The position numbers and the translations under genes are program-made. DNA of 64,000 nt from Octopus sinensis (Eukaryota): assembly GCF_006345805.1 (NCBI RefSeq), contig NC_043000.1, forward strand, positions 4,402,001-4,466,000, in the 5' to 3' direction. How positions within the stretch are numbered: the first letter of the stretch is position 1; each line of letters starts with the position of its first letter. Positions 10,960-23,882 of this stretch are shown one piece after another. Under the pieces are notes generated by a model. The model saw only the letters and a program-made list of their open reading frames with translations. It had not been told where the DNA came from and ran no database searches.

Positions 10960-13401
10960 TTAATTTCAAAGACATTGGGATACTGCCTGCTAAGTTTAAT
11001 CCTAGTGATATTATTCAGGATATCCTTGTACAACAAGGATTGAAGACTGTGCAAAATATTGACTGTGAATTCAAAGTAGTTGTATGTCCAGGACAAATAA
11101 CAAAACTGAAAGGGGAGACTAGAAGACTGTCAAGAAACTGGTTTTCTCGAATTTTACAAAATGGAAAAAAAATCTGGAGAACTTGAATGATTTGCTCTCC
11201 ATTGAAAGAAGCCATGATTTGCTTTTGTTTAAGCTATTTTCAAGTGAAAACTCAAATTTTGCTCAGTTGATGGTTTCAAATCTTGGTGGAAGTTGAATCC
11301 TAAGATACAAGAACATGAATCCAGCCCTGCACATGAGAATGCGTTCACTCAGTGGAAAGAGCTGGAAATTCACCTTTCCAAAAGCAAGGTAAAAGACAAA
11401 GAACAACAAACTCTTGTTGAAAATGAAACAAAAAACTGGAAGCAAATCTTGACGAGATTCTTGGACATAATAATGTTTCTTGCTAAGCAAAACCTGGCTT
11501 TACGAGGCCAGAGGGAAGACATTCGAGTTGAGAAGGAACATAAAAATAAAGGAGATTTTCTGGAGCTTGTCCAACTGATTGGAAAATCTGACCCAGGGAC
11601 TATGTGGACATTTGGTGAAAGTAAAATTGATAAGTTTACAACTTCCTATCTCTCACCAAAAATTCAGAATGAATTTGTGAACGTCCTGAGAGATCAAGTG
11701 AGAAAGAAAGTTATCAATGAAATAAAACAAAGTAAATACTATTGCATTATTCTTCATTGTACTCCAGACATTTCTCATATTGACCAAATTTCTCAGGTGC
11801 TACGTTATGTTAAAATAGATGAAAAGGAAGTAAAAATAGAAGAAACCTTTCTTTGTTTTATTGAGATGAAAGGCAAAAATGCTGAGCAAATTACATCAAC
11901 GATTCTGAAACAATTAGAAATGGATGACAATAAGCATTTGATAACACGGCAGTAATGGCAGGTTATCGATCCAGTGTTCAAGTGTACATCACAGAAGTTA
12001 ACCCAAAGATTATATTTGTGCCATGCACCAATCATTCTCTGAATTTAGCAGTTGCACATGCAGCTTCAGTGGATGCAGATTCAGTTACATTTCTTTGTAC
12101 ATTGGACCATTTATTTTCATTCTTCTCATCTTCCACTCATCGATGGGATATTTTGATTGAGATAACTGATGCAACAATCAAACAGGCTGGAGAAACAAGA
12201 TGGAGTAGTCAAGCAGAAGGAGTGGAAGATGTACAAACAAAATTCATGGAAATCATCACTGCGCTAGAATGGTTGAGGGAAAATGCAGAAAATGCAACTA
12301 CGAGATCTGATGCAGGTTTAATTCTTCAGGCAATGTTGTTATTTTCTTTCTTGTAATTTCTTGACTTTTGGAGAGATATACTTCCTGAAATTAATGACAC
12401 TGAAAAGTACTTCCAAACGAAAGGTCTGGAGTTGCAATAATGTGCCATTAAACTATCAGCCTTGAAAACTTCTCTATTTGTAAACAAAGACAAAACATTA
12501 GACGACGTATTGGCCTATTCAACTGAAATTTGCTCTGATATGGGAATCAGCACAGAGCATCGAATGCACAAAAGGAAAAGAATGAGCTACAAAGAAAGTA
12601 TCGATGCTGTTCTCAGCTACGATGCTGAGTTAAAGAGAGAAATGTTGTCAGTGATAGACTGGTTGAAGAAATAACCTCTAGACTCAAAAGACTTCACGAT
12701 ATTGCAAAGAAATACACCTTTCTCACACAGTCTAATTTGTCAGATAAAGAGTGTAATTGTGATGTAGATGCTTTTGATGAGAATATTAAGAGAGAAAAAT
12801 TTCTTGTTGAAAGGGCAAGACTGCAAAATTATTTGGCGGCTGCTGATGCTGAAGATATAGCAAAACCTTTGCAAGTTCTTCAGTTTATTCAGAAATATAA
12901 TCTTATTGATTCATTGCCAAATATTGTAATAGTTTTAAGAGTCTTCCTAATTTGTACCACATTAGTGTTGCTAGCTGTGAACATTCCTTTTCTAAACTAA
13001 AGCTCATCAAGAACCGCTTCAGGTCAACAATAAGTCAAACAAGGTTGACTGATTTGGCAATACTATCCATAGTGCGTGACCTTGCAGATAAAATTAATTC
13101 TGATGAGGTCATTCAAGATTTCATGAAGAGGAAGGCATGTAAAATCAATTTGTAAATCGTTTATTTTTGTAATTCACTCATCTGCTCTTTAACATATTTT
13201 TCCTTTTTTTTTTACGTGTGTATAAATATAATTAAAGTAAATTTGAGGGAAATAAATGGTTGTTGCAGTTTGTCTTCTTATTTTGCATACACATACACCT
13301 GTATTATTCCATTTTTGGCGTTTTGAAGTGTTATTAGAACTTTTAAGGGGTGGCCAAAATAACATCCACCCCAGGTGATACTCGTGCTAAGTATGCCACT
13401 G
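10960..13401 (+). mobile_element. hAT-superfamily DNA transposon with a frameshifted or stopped transposase (ZMYM1-like DUF4371 plus hATC dimerisation domain)
   Basis: Fragmented ORFs with FLAKQNLALRG, YLSPKIQNE, DISHIDQ, VPCTNHSLNL, TRWS, SVASCEHSFSKLKLIKNRFRSTISQTRLTDLAILSI; 3' terminus ...tatgccactg. Confidence 0.9.
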
Positions 13402-13489
13402 CTTATATAATATGCCCATGGATAGAAAACATTAAATATGTAAATTAGTTTATGTGGTTTACTATAGTTCCTAATATCAGTGGGTTTAT

Positions 13490-13625
13490 AATTCTGCTGA
13501 GGTCGACTTTGCCTTTCATCCTTTTGGGGTCAATAAATTAAGTGCCAGTCGCGTACTGAGGTCAATCTAATCGACTGGCCCCTCCCCCAAAATTTCAGGT
13601 CTTGTGCCTAGAGTAGAAAAGAATA
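13490..13625 (+). mobile_element. SINE family 1 variant, 3' part
   Basis: Core motif plus ggccctcccccaaaatttcaggtcttgtgcc tail. Confidence 0.7.
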
Positions 13626-13749
13626 TTAGTGGTTTTATGAGCAGTGTTTGTGGACTGTTAAAGAGAGGATACAGTTGCTGACAAGTATTCCAACAGAAGT
13701 CAGATTGCACAATCTACTGTTCCCTCTTTTTCTGTCCATGAATATGCCA

Positions 13750-14051
13750 TCTTTGTTCCTTTTCGAGCCATCCCTGGCTCATAGGGCCGGTTTCCCGGTT
13801 TCCTTGGCATATAGGTTCCCCACCTGGTCGGGACGCCAGTCCATTGCAGGTGAGCTGCAAGATGCAGGAGGAAAGGATGAGAGAAAGTTGTGGCGAAAGA
13901 GTCAGCAGAAGTTCATCATCATCTTCTGCTGGAGCCGTGGGGAGCTTAGGTGTTTCACTCATAAACAGCCGCATTGCCCGGTCTGAGATTTGAACCCATG
14001 ATCCCTTGACTGTGAGTCTGCTACTCTAACCACTAGGCCATGTGCCTCCAC
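13750..14051 (-). mobile_element. SINE family 3 with TSD
   Basis: TSD aatatgcca / aatatgtca. Confidence 0.85.
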
Positions 14052-14655
14052 AATATGTCATGTAGGACGTAATTATTTACATTTTTTGTAACACACAATG
14101 TTAGCTAATAAATCTGTATATTTTTTCTAGAGTACATTCTAACACTGAAATGAAATACAGTTAACACACAAGTAATGATATATGTATCTGTAACACTTCA
14201 GTGTTGGTTAACCTGATTGAAATAGTTGCAAAATCTCCTTCATATTGCTCCCTACTTCCTTAAAGAAATGGATACATATGATAGTAAACATGGTCTTACA
14301 ATATTTGTACAGAGGGATAAGGCTGTCGTTGTTGAGATACCTTTGGTCATAGATTTGGTTAGTCTGATCTATTCCTCACATCACAACCATCACTACAATC
14401 AGCATAAGCCCCACAATTAGCATTACCATCATCAGCATCATAACTGTCAATACCAGTATAACTACCAAAATCACCATCAGCAGCAGCATATCTACCATCA
14501 TCATGATGCCATCACCAGTATAACAACCACAATCACCAGCATAACTGATATCATCATCACTGCCATCATCAATATAAGTGCCTTCACTTGTGTACAAGGA
14601 GAGTACCAAAAGTCAAAATATCAACAGTTAAAGTGTTGACAGACAAAATGTAGCT

Positions 14656-15275
14656 CAGTGGTTCTCAACAAGGGTCCATATAGCCTTTAAGGGTCCAATA
14701 TAAGATTTTGTTGTTAAAATTTATGTGCAATAAATTGCCCATACTTCTACAACACACAATATATGAGTGGCTGTGTGGTAAGTAGCTTGCTTACCAACCA
14801 CATGGTTCTGGGTTCAGTCCCACTGCATGGCATCTTGGGCAAGTGTCTTCTACTAGAGCCTCAGGCCAACCAAAGCCTTGTGAGTGGATTTGGTAGGCAG
14901 AAACTGAAAAAAGCCCGCCATATATATGTATACGTATATATATATGTGTGTGTGTTTGTGTGTTGGTGTTTGTTCCCCCAACATTGCTTGACAATCAATT
15001 ATGTCCCCGTAACTTAGTGATTCGGCAAAAGAGACTGATAAAATAAGTACTAGGCTTGCAAAGAATAAGTCCTGGGGTTGATTTGCACGACTAAAGGCAG
15101 TACTCCAGCATGGCCACAGTCAAATGACTGAAACAAGTAAAAGAGTAATTTCTAAAATTATTCAATTATAAAAATAGAAGTTTTATTGCACATAAACATT
15201 GAATGGCTATGAGGGTCCACAGGAGTAAAATAGGAATTAAGGGGTCCGGAGATGAAAAATGGTTGAGAACCATTG
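14656..15275. mobile_element. hAT (Charlie-like) MITE interrupted by a family 2 SINE
   Basis: TIRs cagtggttctcaac / gttgagaaccattg; related copy 36322-36572. Confidence 0.75.
14765..15146 (+). mobile_element. SINE family 2
   Basis: Full-length copy. Confidence 0.85.
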
Positions 15276-15775
15276 ATGCCAATGACATGCATAAGATCTG
15301 GTCATCAAATCTAAGTAGAGACTTCAAACTTGAAATCTTCAAAGCCACAGTCGAACCAATTCTACTATATGGCTCAGAAACCTGGACGTTATCAAAGAAG
15401 CTTGAGAGGCGGTTGGATGGAACCTACTCTCGCCTCCTTATGAGAGCTCAAAATCTCTCGTGGAAGCGTCATCCAACCAAAATGCAAATATATGGGAAAC
15501 TACCACCTGTGTCATCTCTTGTGAAAGGTAGGAGAGTCCAGTTTGCTGGACATTGTTGTAGAGCTGAAAAAGAAGTAATTTCTACTCTTCTCTGAAAGCC
15601 ATCTACTCGCAATACCAGAGGGCGCACACTCTCCTACCCTGATGTAATCTCCAGGGATACAGGCATCCAGCAACAGGACCTCCGTAATGCCATAATAGAC
15701 CGTGAAGTCTGGCGTAGCATGGTAAATTCCATTGTCTCGACCACGGTCGAACAATGATGATGATGATTGATGCCA
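15276..15775 (+). mobile_element. 5'-truncated RTE-clade LINE (3' end of ORF2)
   Basis: IFKATVEPILLYGSETWTL motif; (tga)n tail. Confidence 0.85.
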
Positions 15776-17006
15776 ACTTTCAAATGATGTAGACTTTCAA
15801 ATGTCAGAAAATGCCAAGAAAAAACAAAACACAAACAGTTTTTCTTTATCTAAGATCATAAAAAGAGTAATTCAATTTTAAACTGAAGCAATTTATTGAT
15901 TAGACTATTGCCAAAATTTGTATTTAATTAAAAAAAACGAAAAAATATAATTGTTTTTAAAGTTGAAGTAATATATTAAAAAAGAAAAAGATTGCCAAAG
16001 AATGATTTGTTTTATAATTAAAGTGATTTAGTTAAAATGAAGCTATAAAATGCGAGCTCTTGACCTTAAGAAGATTTGGAGCTGGTCAAATTATACATTG
16101 TAAGTACTGAGATCATTAATCTTGGTTTAATTTTATTTATTCATGCTGTGTTTCCCCATCTCCCACAGAGATATTTATTTGGGAATTAATTCAGTATTAG
16201 CGTCTTGCTCTAACTGTAATTTCTTGATGAGCATACACATTGTTAGACAGGTTATTGAAACCTTTCAATTGAAATCTTGTCACTTCTCCAGAGGATTAGC
16301 TGCTCCGAATAGATAGAATTCAATTCAGATATAATCAAATTTCAAAGGCTGGGCATTTTCAGCAACCATACTTAATAGTGCCAAGCCATGCTGTTTCAAA
16401 ATATTCCCAAATCTTTCATATCATTGTATTTGTATCATCATCTTGGGAGTTCACAAATTCAGTATATATACAGACATACATATATACACAGGGTGTGGTG
16501 AATAAATTGTCATCTAAATTACGCATAATGAAAATAACACTGACATCTCATTTTAACAGATATATCTACCAAAATTACATAAAGATATCTAGAAATTCTA
16601 AAGAGTAAATATATTCGTTAAAATCGCCATTGGTTTCAACCACGGCCTCCAGGTGACTTTGGAACCTCCTGCAACTTGTGAATTTTTGTTGCTTTTGCAA
16701 CCTTGCCTGTTATCAGAGCTGCAATAACAGACAGAGTCAGCATCCATTCACAAGGTTGTGAAAGCAAGGAAAATTTTGGAAAGGCAAAATATAAATAATA
16801 GATGAGTGGAAATTGAACAGGTGAGTGTGTTAGATATTAAGGCAGCATAATTCTCCCCAGGCACAACAGAATTTGTTTCAGCACACAAATTCACATTTTG
16901 TGACATCCCGTACCCATATATGCATACCTATATACATACATGTGTATGTATGTACATATATGTGTGTATATATGCATATATATATATATATATTATATTA
17001 TATTAT

Positions 17007-17306
17007 ACTAGCAGTATCGCCCGGCGTTGCTCGGGTTTGTAAGGGAAATAACTATATAAGCATTTTTAGAGAGTTACTTCCCTTATATAATAGCAAAAAA
17101 AATGCATTAAAAATGGGAAAAAATTATGGTAATTTTTTTTTTAAATCGTAGACTCATCGTAGACGCGTGCTAATACCCAGAAGGGTTCGATATGAATCAC
17201 GACTATAAGATACCCGGTTTTGGTTAAACTGCACCGCAAAATGTGGGAGTAGTTAGGAATCTAAATCGTAGGAGACAGACAGCACACAACTTTTATATAT
17301 AAAGAT
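17007..17306 (+). mobile_element. Non-autonomous Helitron/Helentron-like element
   Basis: actagcagtatcgcccggcgttgctcggg start; gacagacagcacacaacttttatatataaagat end. Confidence 0.6.
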
Positions 17307-17329
17307 ATATATATATATATATATTGTAT

Positions 17330-17552
17330 GTTTGTGTGTGTGTGTGTGTATATGTGTTACTTTGTGTTAAACAAATGAGAGAGGAGTGCTCCATACATGT
17401 AAAGGATATGTTATGTTATTGATTGAAACTGAAACTAAGGGTTTATCTCTTGAGTTGAGTTTCACACAACTGTCATTTTCAGGCAGTCGTCTGTCACAAC
17501 TCTGTACTATATATATATGTGTGTATACACACACACACACATACATACATAT

Positions 17553-17587
<35 letters not shown>

Positions 17588-18285
17588 TGTTATATTTCGG
17601 AATGGTTATATTGCCAGTTTAGCCAATAAAAACACACGCACTATATATTTGGTGTTATTTATTTTTTACATTAATCTGAAAGATTACTCTATAAATATGT
17701 GCATATACATACATATATATATATATATTGTTATATTTCGGAATGGTCATATTGCCAGTTTAGCCAATAAAAACACACGCACTATATATTTGGTGTTATT
17801 TATTTTTTACATTAATCTGAAAGATTACTCTATAAATATGTGCATATACATACATATACATACATATACATACATATACATACATATACATACATATACA
17901 TACATATACATACATATATATATATATATTGTGTGTTTGTGTGTGTGTGTGTATTTACTTATAATAAAAACTATATTTTACATTAATCTGAAAGATTACT
18001 CTATAAATATGTGCATATACATACATATACATACATATACATACATATACATACATATACATACATATACATACATATACATACATATACATACATATAC
18101 ATACATATACATACATATACATACATATACATACATATACATACATATACATACATATATATATATATACATATATACATATAGTACTGAATTATGACAA
18201 AAGTATAGAGTAATGTTTCAGATTAATGTAAAATATAGTTTTTATTATAAGTAATATATAATATATGTACATACAAGTGTGTGAT

Positions 18286-18316
<31 letters not shown>

Positions 18317-18507
18317 TACTTTGTGTTAAACAAATGAGAGAGGAGTGCTCCATACATGTAAAGGATATGTTATGTTATTGATTGAAACTGAAACTAAGGG
18401 TTTATCTCTTGAGTTGAGTTTCACACAACTGTCATTTTCAGGCAGTCGTCTGTCACAACTCTGTACTATATATATATGTGTGTATACACACACACACACA
18501 CACACAC

Positions 18508-18551
<44 letters not shown>

Positions 18552-18894
18552 ATATTTCGGAATGGTTATATTGCCAGTTTAGCCAATAAAAACACACGCA
18601 CTATATATTTGGTGTTATTTATTTTTTACATTAATCTTAATCTTATTTTGGCCAGAGTTCTTTCGTCACACTCCTGTGACCGCATCAGTGGTCCTTTGTT
18701 TTCTTCTTACTTATTTGTGTCTCTCCTTACTAACCATCAGCCATTTTGTATAAATACTGAAGCAAAATAACACCAAATATATAGTGCGTGTGTTTTTATT
18801 GGCTAAACTGGCAATATGACCATTCCGAAATATAACAATATCTGTTTCAACACACGACTTCACATAAAAAATCTTGCACAACAAATATTTAAAC

Positions 18895-18933
<39 letters not shown>

Positions 18934-19147
18934 TACATATAGTACTGAATTATGACAAAAGTATAGAGTAATGTTTCAGATTAATGTAAAATATAGTTTT
19001 TATTATAAGTAATATATAATATATGTACATACAAGTGTGTGATTGTGTGTGTGTGGTGTGTGTGTGTGTGTGTATTTACTTATAATAAAAACTATATTTT
19101 ACATTAATCTGAAAGATTACTCTATAAATATGTGCATATACATACAT

Positions 19148-19180
<33 letters not shown>
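17330..19180. repeat. Mosaic of direct and inverted duplicated blocks separated by microsatellites
   Basis: 17350-17510 equals 18310-18470; block gttatatttcggaatgg... at 17588, 17728, 18548 and inverted at about 18770-18840. Confidence 0.85.
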
Positions 19181-19185
<5 letters not shown>

Positions 19186-19270
19186 ATAATAAATATTAGG
19201 GAATAAATCCAAAATTACAGGGAAAAAAATCAGATTTAGGATTAAATCCAATTTTATAGTAAAATATTAT

Positions 19271-19526
19271 ATAATATTAATTCGAGACAAAACCACTATT
19301 TTGCAAATCAAACAAGGAAAGACTTAATCAATACATAAAAAATTTTAATATAAAGTAAATAAATCGCCACTACAATTGTTTCATGTCTTCAAATGACATT
19401 CGTCAGGTGGATTTCCGATCTAGTCAGTGGCGATTTATTTACTTTATATTAAAATTTTTTATGTATTGATTAAGTCTTTCCTTGTTTGATTTGCAAAATA
19501 GTGGTTTTGTCTCGAATTAATATTAT
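19271..19526. mobile_element. Fold-back repeat (family A), 101-bp perfect arms, Penelope-like pLTR type
   Basis: 19271-19371 is the reverse complement of 19426-19526. Confidence 0.85.
19361..19414 (-). ncRNA. Minimal type I hammerhead ribozyme (CUGACGA core, GUA triplet)
   Basis: CCAC-CUGACGA-AUGUC auuugaa GACAU-GAAA-CAAUU-GUA-GUGG; palindromic ACAAUUGU stem III. Confidence 0.75.
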
Positions 19527-20000
19527 CATCATCATCATCATCATCGTTTAGCGTCCGTTTTCCATGCTAGCATGGGTTGGACGGTTCTACTGGGGTCTGT
19601 GAAGCCAGAAGGCTTCATCAGGCCCAGTCAAATCTGGCAGTGTTTCTACGGCTGGATGCCCTTCCTAACGCCAACCACTCCGTGAGTGTAGTGGGTGCTT
19701 TTTACGTGCCACCCGCACTGGTGCCAGACAGAGCTGGCAAACGGCCACGAATGGATGGTGCTTTTTATGTGCCACCGGCACGAGGGCCAGGCAAGGCTGG
19801 CATTGGACACGAAACGGGGCGGTGCTGGCAACGGTCGTGAAATGGAAAGTTCTCTTACATGCCACCGGCACTGGTAACACATCTGCAATTTCCATTGATC
19901 GATTTCGATTCTGATCGTCACTTGCCTCAACGGGTCTTCACAAGTAGAGTTTCGACATGCCACCGGCACTGGTAACACATCCGCAATTTCCATTGATCGA
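19527..20000 (-). mobile_element. RTE LINE 3' UTR (Expander/Rex3-like tail)
   Basis: ttggcgttaggaagggcatccagccgtagaaac...gcatggaaaacggacg(atg)n. Confidence 0.75.
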
Positions 20001-20012
20001 TTTTAATTATAC

Positions 20013-20043
<31 letters not shown>

Positions 20044-20990
20044 TATTTTTGTGTATATATGTACATACAAGTGTGTGTTTGTGTTTGTTTGTGTGTGGTG
20101 GGGGTGAGTATGTATTTACTTATAATAAAAACTATATTTTACATTAATCTGAAAGGTTACTCTATACTTTTGTGGAATACCAAATAAATTATTCTTAAAC
20201 ATGAATATTGTTGACAGAGACTTCAAAGTTTTGCCCAGTTAAGCCTTCATTGGACCATGATGCATTAGAGCTAATCATGGCTTTATACAGTCTCTGTTGG
20301 GTTAGAGTCTTCCTTAGGTATGTGAATTTGCATATCGCTCACTCTATGCCAGGATTATTCATAAAGAAATTCAGAAGCACAACCAACACCACAGCACAAA
20401 CATTTTTATATTTTGTCCCTTCACCACTAGCAAAGTAATTACCCTTCTCAGATTTAGGTAATAGAATACCAACTAACCACACACGCACATACACCCTTGT
20501 GCACATGCACATACATGCATGCACACACACACACACACTCATGTGCACAAGCATGCATACACCTGTGCACATATACATGCATGCACAGTTACACACTCAT
20601 GTATACATACACACACATGCGCATGCATGCATGCATACACACACAGTAACACACACATATGTGCATGCACACATGTATGCATGCACACATGCACACACAT
20701 ACATTCACACATTCATGCATGCACACACACACACATACATACACACGCGCACACGCACACACTTTTTCTTGAATGTCAATAAAAAAAATTGTAAAGAATT
20801 ACTAATTACCATACTTAGTCATTCCTCCAAGAAATTCAATAATAAACAATTGTCTTACAAAACAATCCTGCAAACCACTCAGCTTTTAAAAGCCTCATTC
20901 ATTAGTGATTTAGTTAATTGATGAACCCTTAATTACTTTTTCAAAAAAAGTAGTCAAAAATATTCAATTAAAAGAAAACTTTGTAGTTAG

Positions 20991-21154
20991 GCGCAGGCAT
21001 GGCTGTGTGGTAGGAAGCTTGCTTCCCAACCACATGGTTTCAGGTTCAGTTCCATTGTGTGGCACATTGGACAAGTGTTTTCTGCTATAGCCTCAGACTG
21101 ACCAAAGCCATGTCAGTGGATTTGGTAGACAGAAACTAAAAGAAGACTGGTTGC

Positions 21155-21186
<32 letters not shown>

Positions 21187-21395
21187 TTGCGTCTGTGTTT
21201 GAACCCCAATCATCATTTGGTGTTGGTATGTTTATGTCACTGTAACTTAGTAGTTTGGCAAAAGAGACTGATAGAATAAGTACTAGGCTTATAAAGAATA
21301 AGTCTTGGGGTAGATTTCTTCGAGTAAAATGCTTTAAGGTGGTGCTCCAGCATGGCCCCAATCAAATGACTGAAACAAGTAAAAGAATAAAAGAA
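20991..21395 (+). mobile_element. SINE family 2
   Basis: Full-length, diverged; inverted partial copy at 21413-21493. Confidence 0.8.
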
Positions 21396-22455
21396 TATAT
21401 CTATATATACTTTTGTTGATTTGGGGATATATTAGAAAGCTCTTGCCCAAGGTACCATGTGGTGGGATGGAACCTAAAACCACATGGTTGGAAAGCAAAT
21501 TTCTTAACCACACAATGAAGAAAAGTGAGAGGAAAAGTTTTTGTTTCAGAAACTTTGGCATGAAGAGTTTAAAGTTGCATTTCAAGAGATGCACAGAAAA
21601 TATTCCATTACTAAACCATTTCTTTTTCATTACTAAAACTTTTAAAATTTCATTGAACATCTGTTCTTCCAAATAAGAAAAGTTTATCACTTCTGGTCAT
21701 TAGAATTAAACCATTTATTGAGAACCATGTATTGAGAACCTTCTTGTTCTCAATACATTGCACAATAATGAGTTTTTATGTAGCAATGTTCTACATACAT
21801 TTAAATGTGGACAGTTCATACATTGTTAATAATATTTGATTGTGATGTGTGTTCCTTCAACTACTTTTAAAGCTCAAATACAGCTTAGATTTAACAGATG
21901 CAAATAGTTATGAATGGTTATGAAGAATCTTTTAAATGACACTCATACAAGTTGCAGTCTTAGTTTCACATTCAAAGTATTTCTTACATCTGCAGTAAAC
22001 ATGGCTTCTTCATTTTGTGTTGACAATGTAAGTACATCCTTTAATCAAAAGTTTTGTACTGCTCTTGTTACCAGTTACAAATACCATTTAAAAAAACGGA
22101 AAAGTTTGGATAATATATTTAGCAGTACCAGAACTGTCTAAGTGAAAGTCTAAATTATATTTATACAATTGTAGAATAGCAAAACAGTGGAATATATCTT
22201 GAGTTGTGAAGAAGATGAGAGATCTAATGATTTGTCCTTCTTTGTGAAGTGGAGAAAAATACAACGATCAGTCACTTAGGATGTGAGAATCTGAAATGAG
22301 AAAATGAAACTTAGGGGAATAACATTGAAGGGTAGATATAAACTTAGACAAACTTAGATATGTTTCGACCAAAGATTGGTCCAGGCCATGTCTAACTTAA
22401 TAGCACCACCTGATAGGATTATTCGAATCCTGTTTAAGTCAAGTTTTGTTTAAGT

Positions 22456-23060
22456 CAAGTTTTGTTCAAGTAGTGAGTTCTTGTTGGGTGAGTTGTATCA
22501 AGTTTTGTTCAAGTAGTGAGTTCTTGTTGGGTGAGTTGTATCAAGTTTTGTTCAAGTAGTGAGTTCTTGTTGGGTGAGTTGTATCCAATTATGGGTGGCT
22601 TATCTGGTATTCTTTGAAGGAATCTATCCAGACTCCGTTTAAAGTTGATGGGATCCTTTTCCTCTTTGATCTCCCTCGGGACAATGTTAAATAGGGCAGG
22701 GCCTGTTGGGGAAAAGAAATTATGTTGCAGTGTACATGTATGCTGTGATCTTGAATTGGGCAGGGGACGTATGGCCCATGGTCCCAGTCTTGGATGAACT
22801 TTGAAGCTAATGTTCAGGTCGTTTAGGCAAAGTTGGCGGTATATTCTCCACATCGTACAAATAATGTACCATTCATGGCGACGCTGGAGGGAGTAAAGTT
22901 TTAAGGCTTTAAGGTGATCCCAATAATCAAGAGCAGCCATGCCTTCAATTCGTTTAGTGAGTGCCCTCTGGGGTGACTCAATTCTGGAGTGAAGAATATT
23001 GTAAAAGGTTATTTCCACTCTAGCTAGTTTTTATGGCGATTCGTATTGGTTTCAAATCAT
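22456..23060 (-). mobile_element. CR1/L2-like LINE 3' end with a 3x43-bp terminal repeat
   Basis: ESPQRALTKRI...LDYWDHLKALKLYSLQRR...GPALFN. Confidence 0.8.
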
Positions 23061-23112
23061 TGCACAGGGCCATCAAGTTCAAATGAAGGAATAAGTTGAT
23101 AACAATGAGCGG

Positions 23113-23340
23113 GGCTGTGAGCTGGCAGAAACGTTAGCACACTGGGCGAAATGCTTAGCGGTATTTCCTCTGCTGCTATGTTCTGAGTTCAAATTCCGCT
23201 GAGGTTGACTTTGCCTTTCATCCTTTTGGGGTCAATAAATTAAGTACCAGTTACGCACTGGGGTCGATGTACTCGACTTAATCCCTTTGTCTGTCCTTGT
23301 TTGTCCCCTCTATGTTTAGCCTCTTGTGGGTAATAAATAA
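23113..23340 (+). mobile_element. SINE family 1
   Basis: Core motif and tail. Confidence 0.85.
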
Positions 23341-23355
23341 ATACAGAACAATGAC

Positions 23356-23522
23356 CAAGGCTGGCCTTAGGGCTGCTGGCACCCCAGGCAAGTTGAATTT
23401 TGGCATGTACAAGCTGACAGTCATGGAAATTTCGTTGTCTTTGTCACATCCTCCTTGGTACCCCCTAGTACATGGTACCCCAGGCAAACTGCCCAAGTTG
23501 CTGATACCTAGAGCCTGCCCTG
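23356..23522. mobile_element. hAT-type MITE with perfect 8-bp TSD
   Basis: Imperfect TIRs caaggctggccttagg / cctagagcctgccctg; TSD ACAATGAC at 23348-23355 and 23523-23530. Confidence 0.8.
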
Positions 23523-23810
23523 ACAATGACCCCAGTGATCAATTGGTATTTATTTTATCCACCTTGAAAAGATGAAAGGTAAAGTTGACCAGTGGAATTT
23601 CAACTCAAAACATAAAGATGGGCAAAGTACCACTAAGCATTTTACCCAGTGTGGTAACAATTCTGCCACATCACTGCCCTACTGCAGCATTTCATATTAA
23701 CAGGCTGGTTGTTCAATCCACAAAATGCAAACTTTATCATGCACTAATGAACTTTATTGTTTGCTCTCCTGCAAGATATATACACTGTATATAACAAACA
23801 CAACTGCTTA

Positions 23811-23872
23811 CAGTGGTAGAATGCTCGTCTGCCATGTGGGCAGCCCGGGTTCGACTCCCAGCTGATGCACCA
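23811..23872 (+). pseudogene. tRNA-Gly: 5'-truncated tRNA-Gly(GCC) retrocopy ending in CCA
   Basis: cagtggtagaatgctcgtctGCCatgtgggcagcccgggttcgactcccagctgatgcaCCA; anticodon 23831-23833; 5' acceptor strand missing. Confidence 0.85.
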
Positions 23873-23882
23873 TATCTTTTTA

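Noticed and set aside
20218-20317. Candidate exon with a strong donor (TSKFCPVKPSLDHDALELIMALYSLCWVRVFL)
   Set aside because: The antisense reads KFTYLRKTL..., resembling a degraded LINE RT; unsupported as a host exon
23811-23872. Functional tRNA-Gly gene
   Set aside because: 5' acceptor strand and part of the A box are missing, and CCA is genomic
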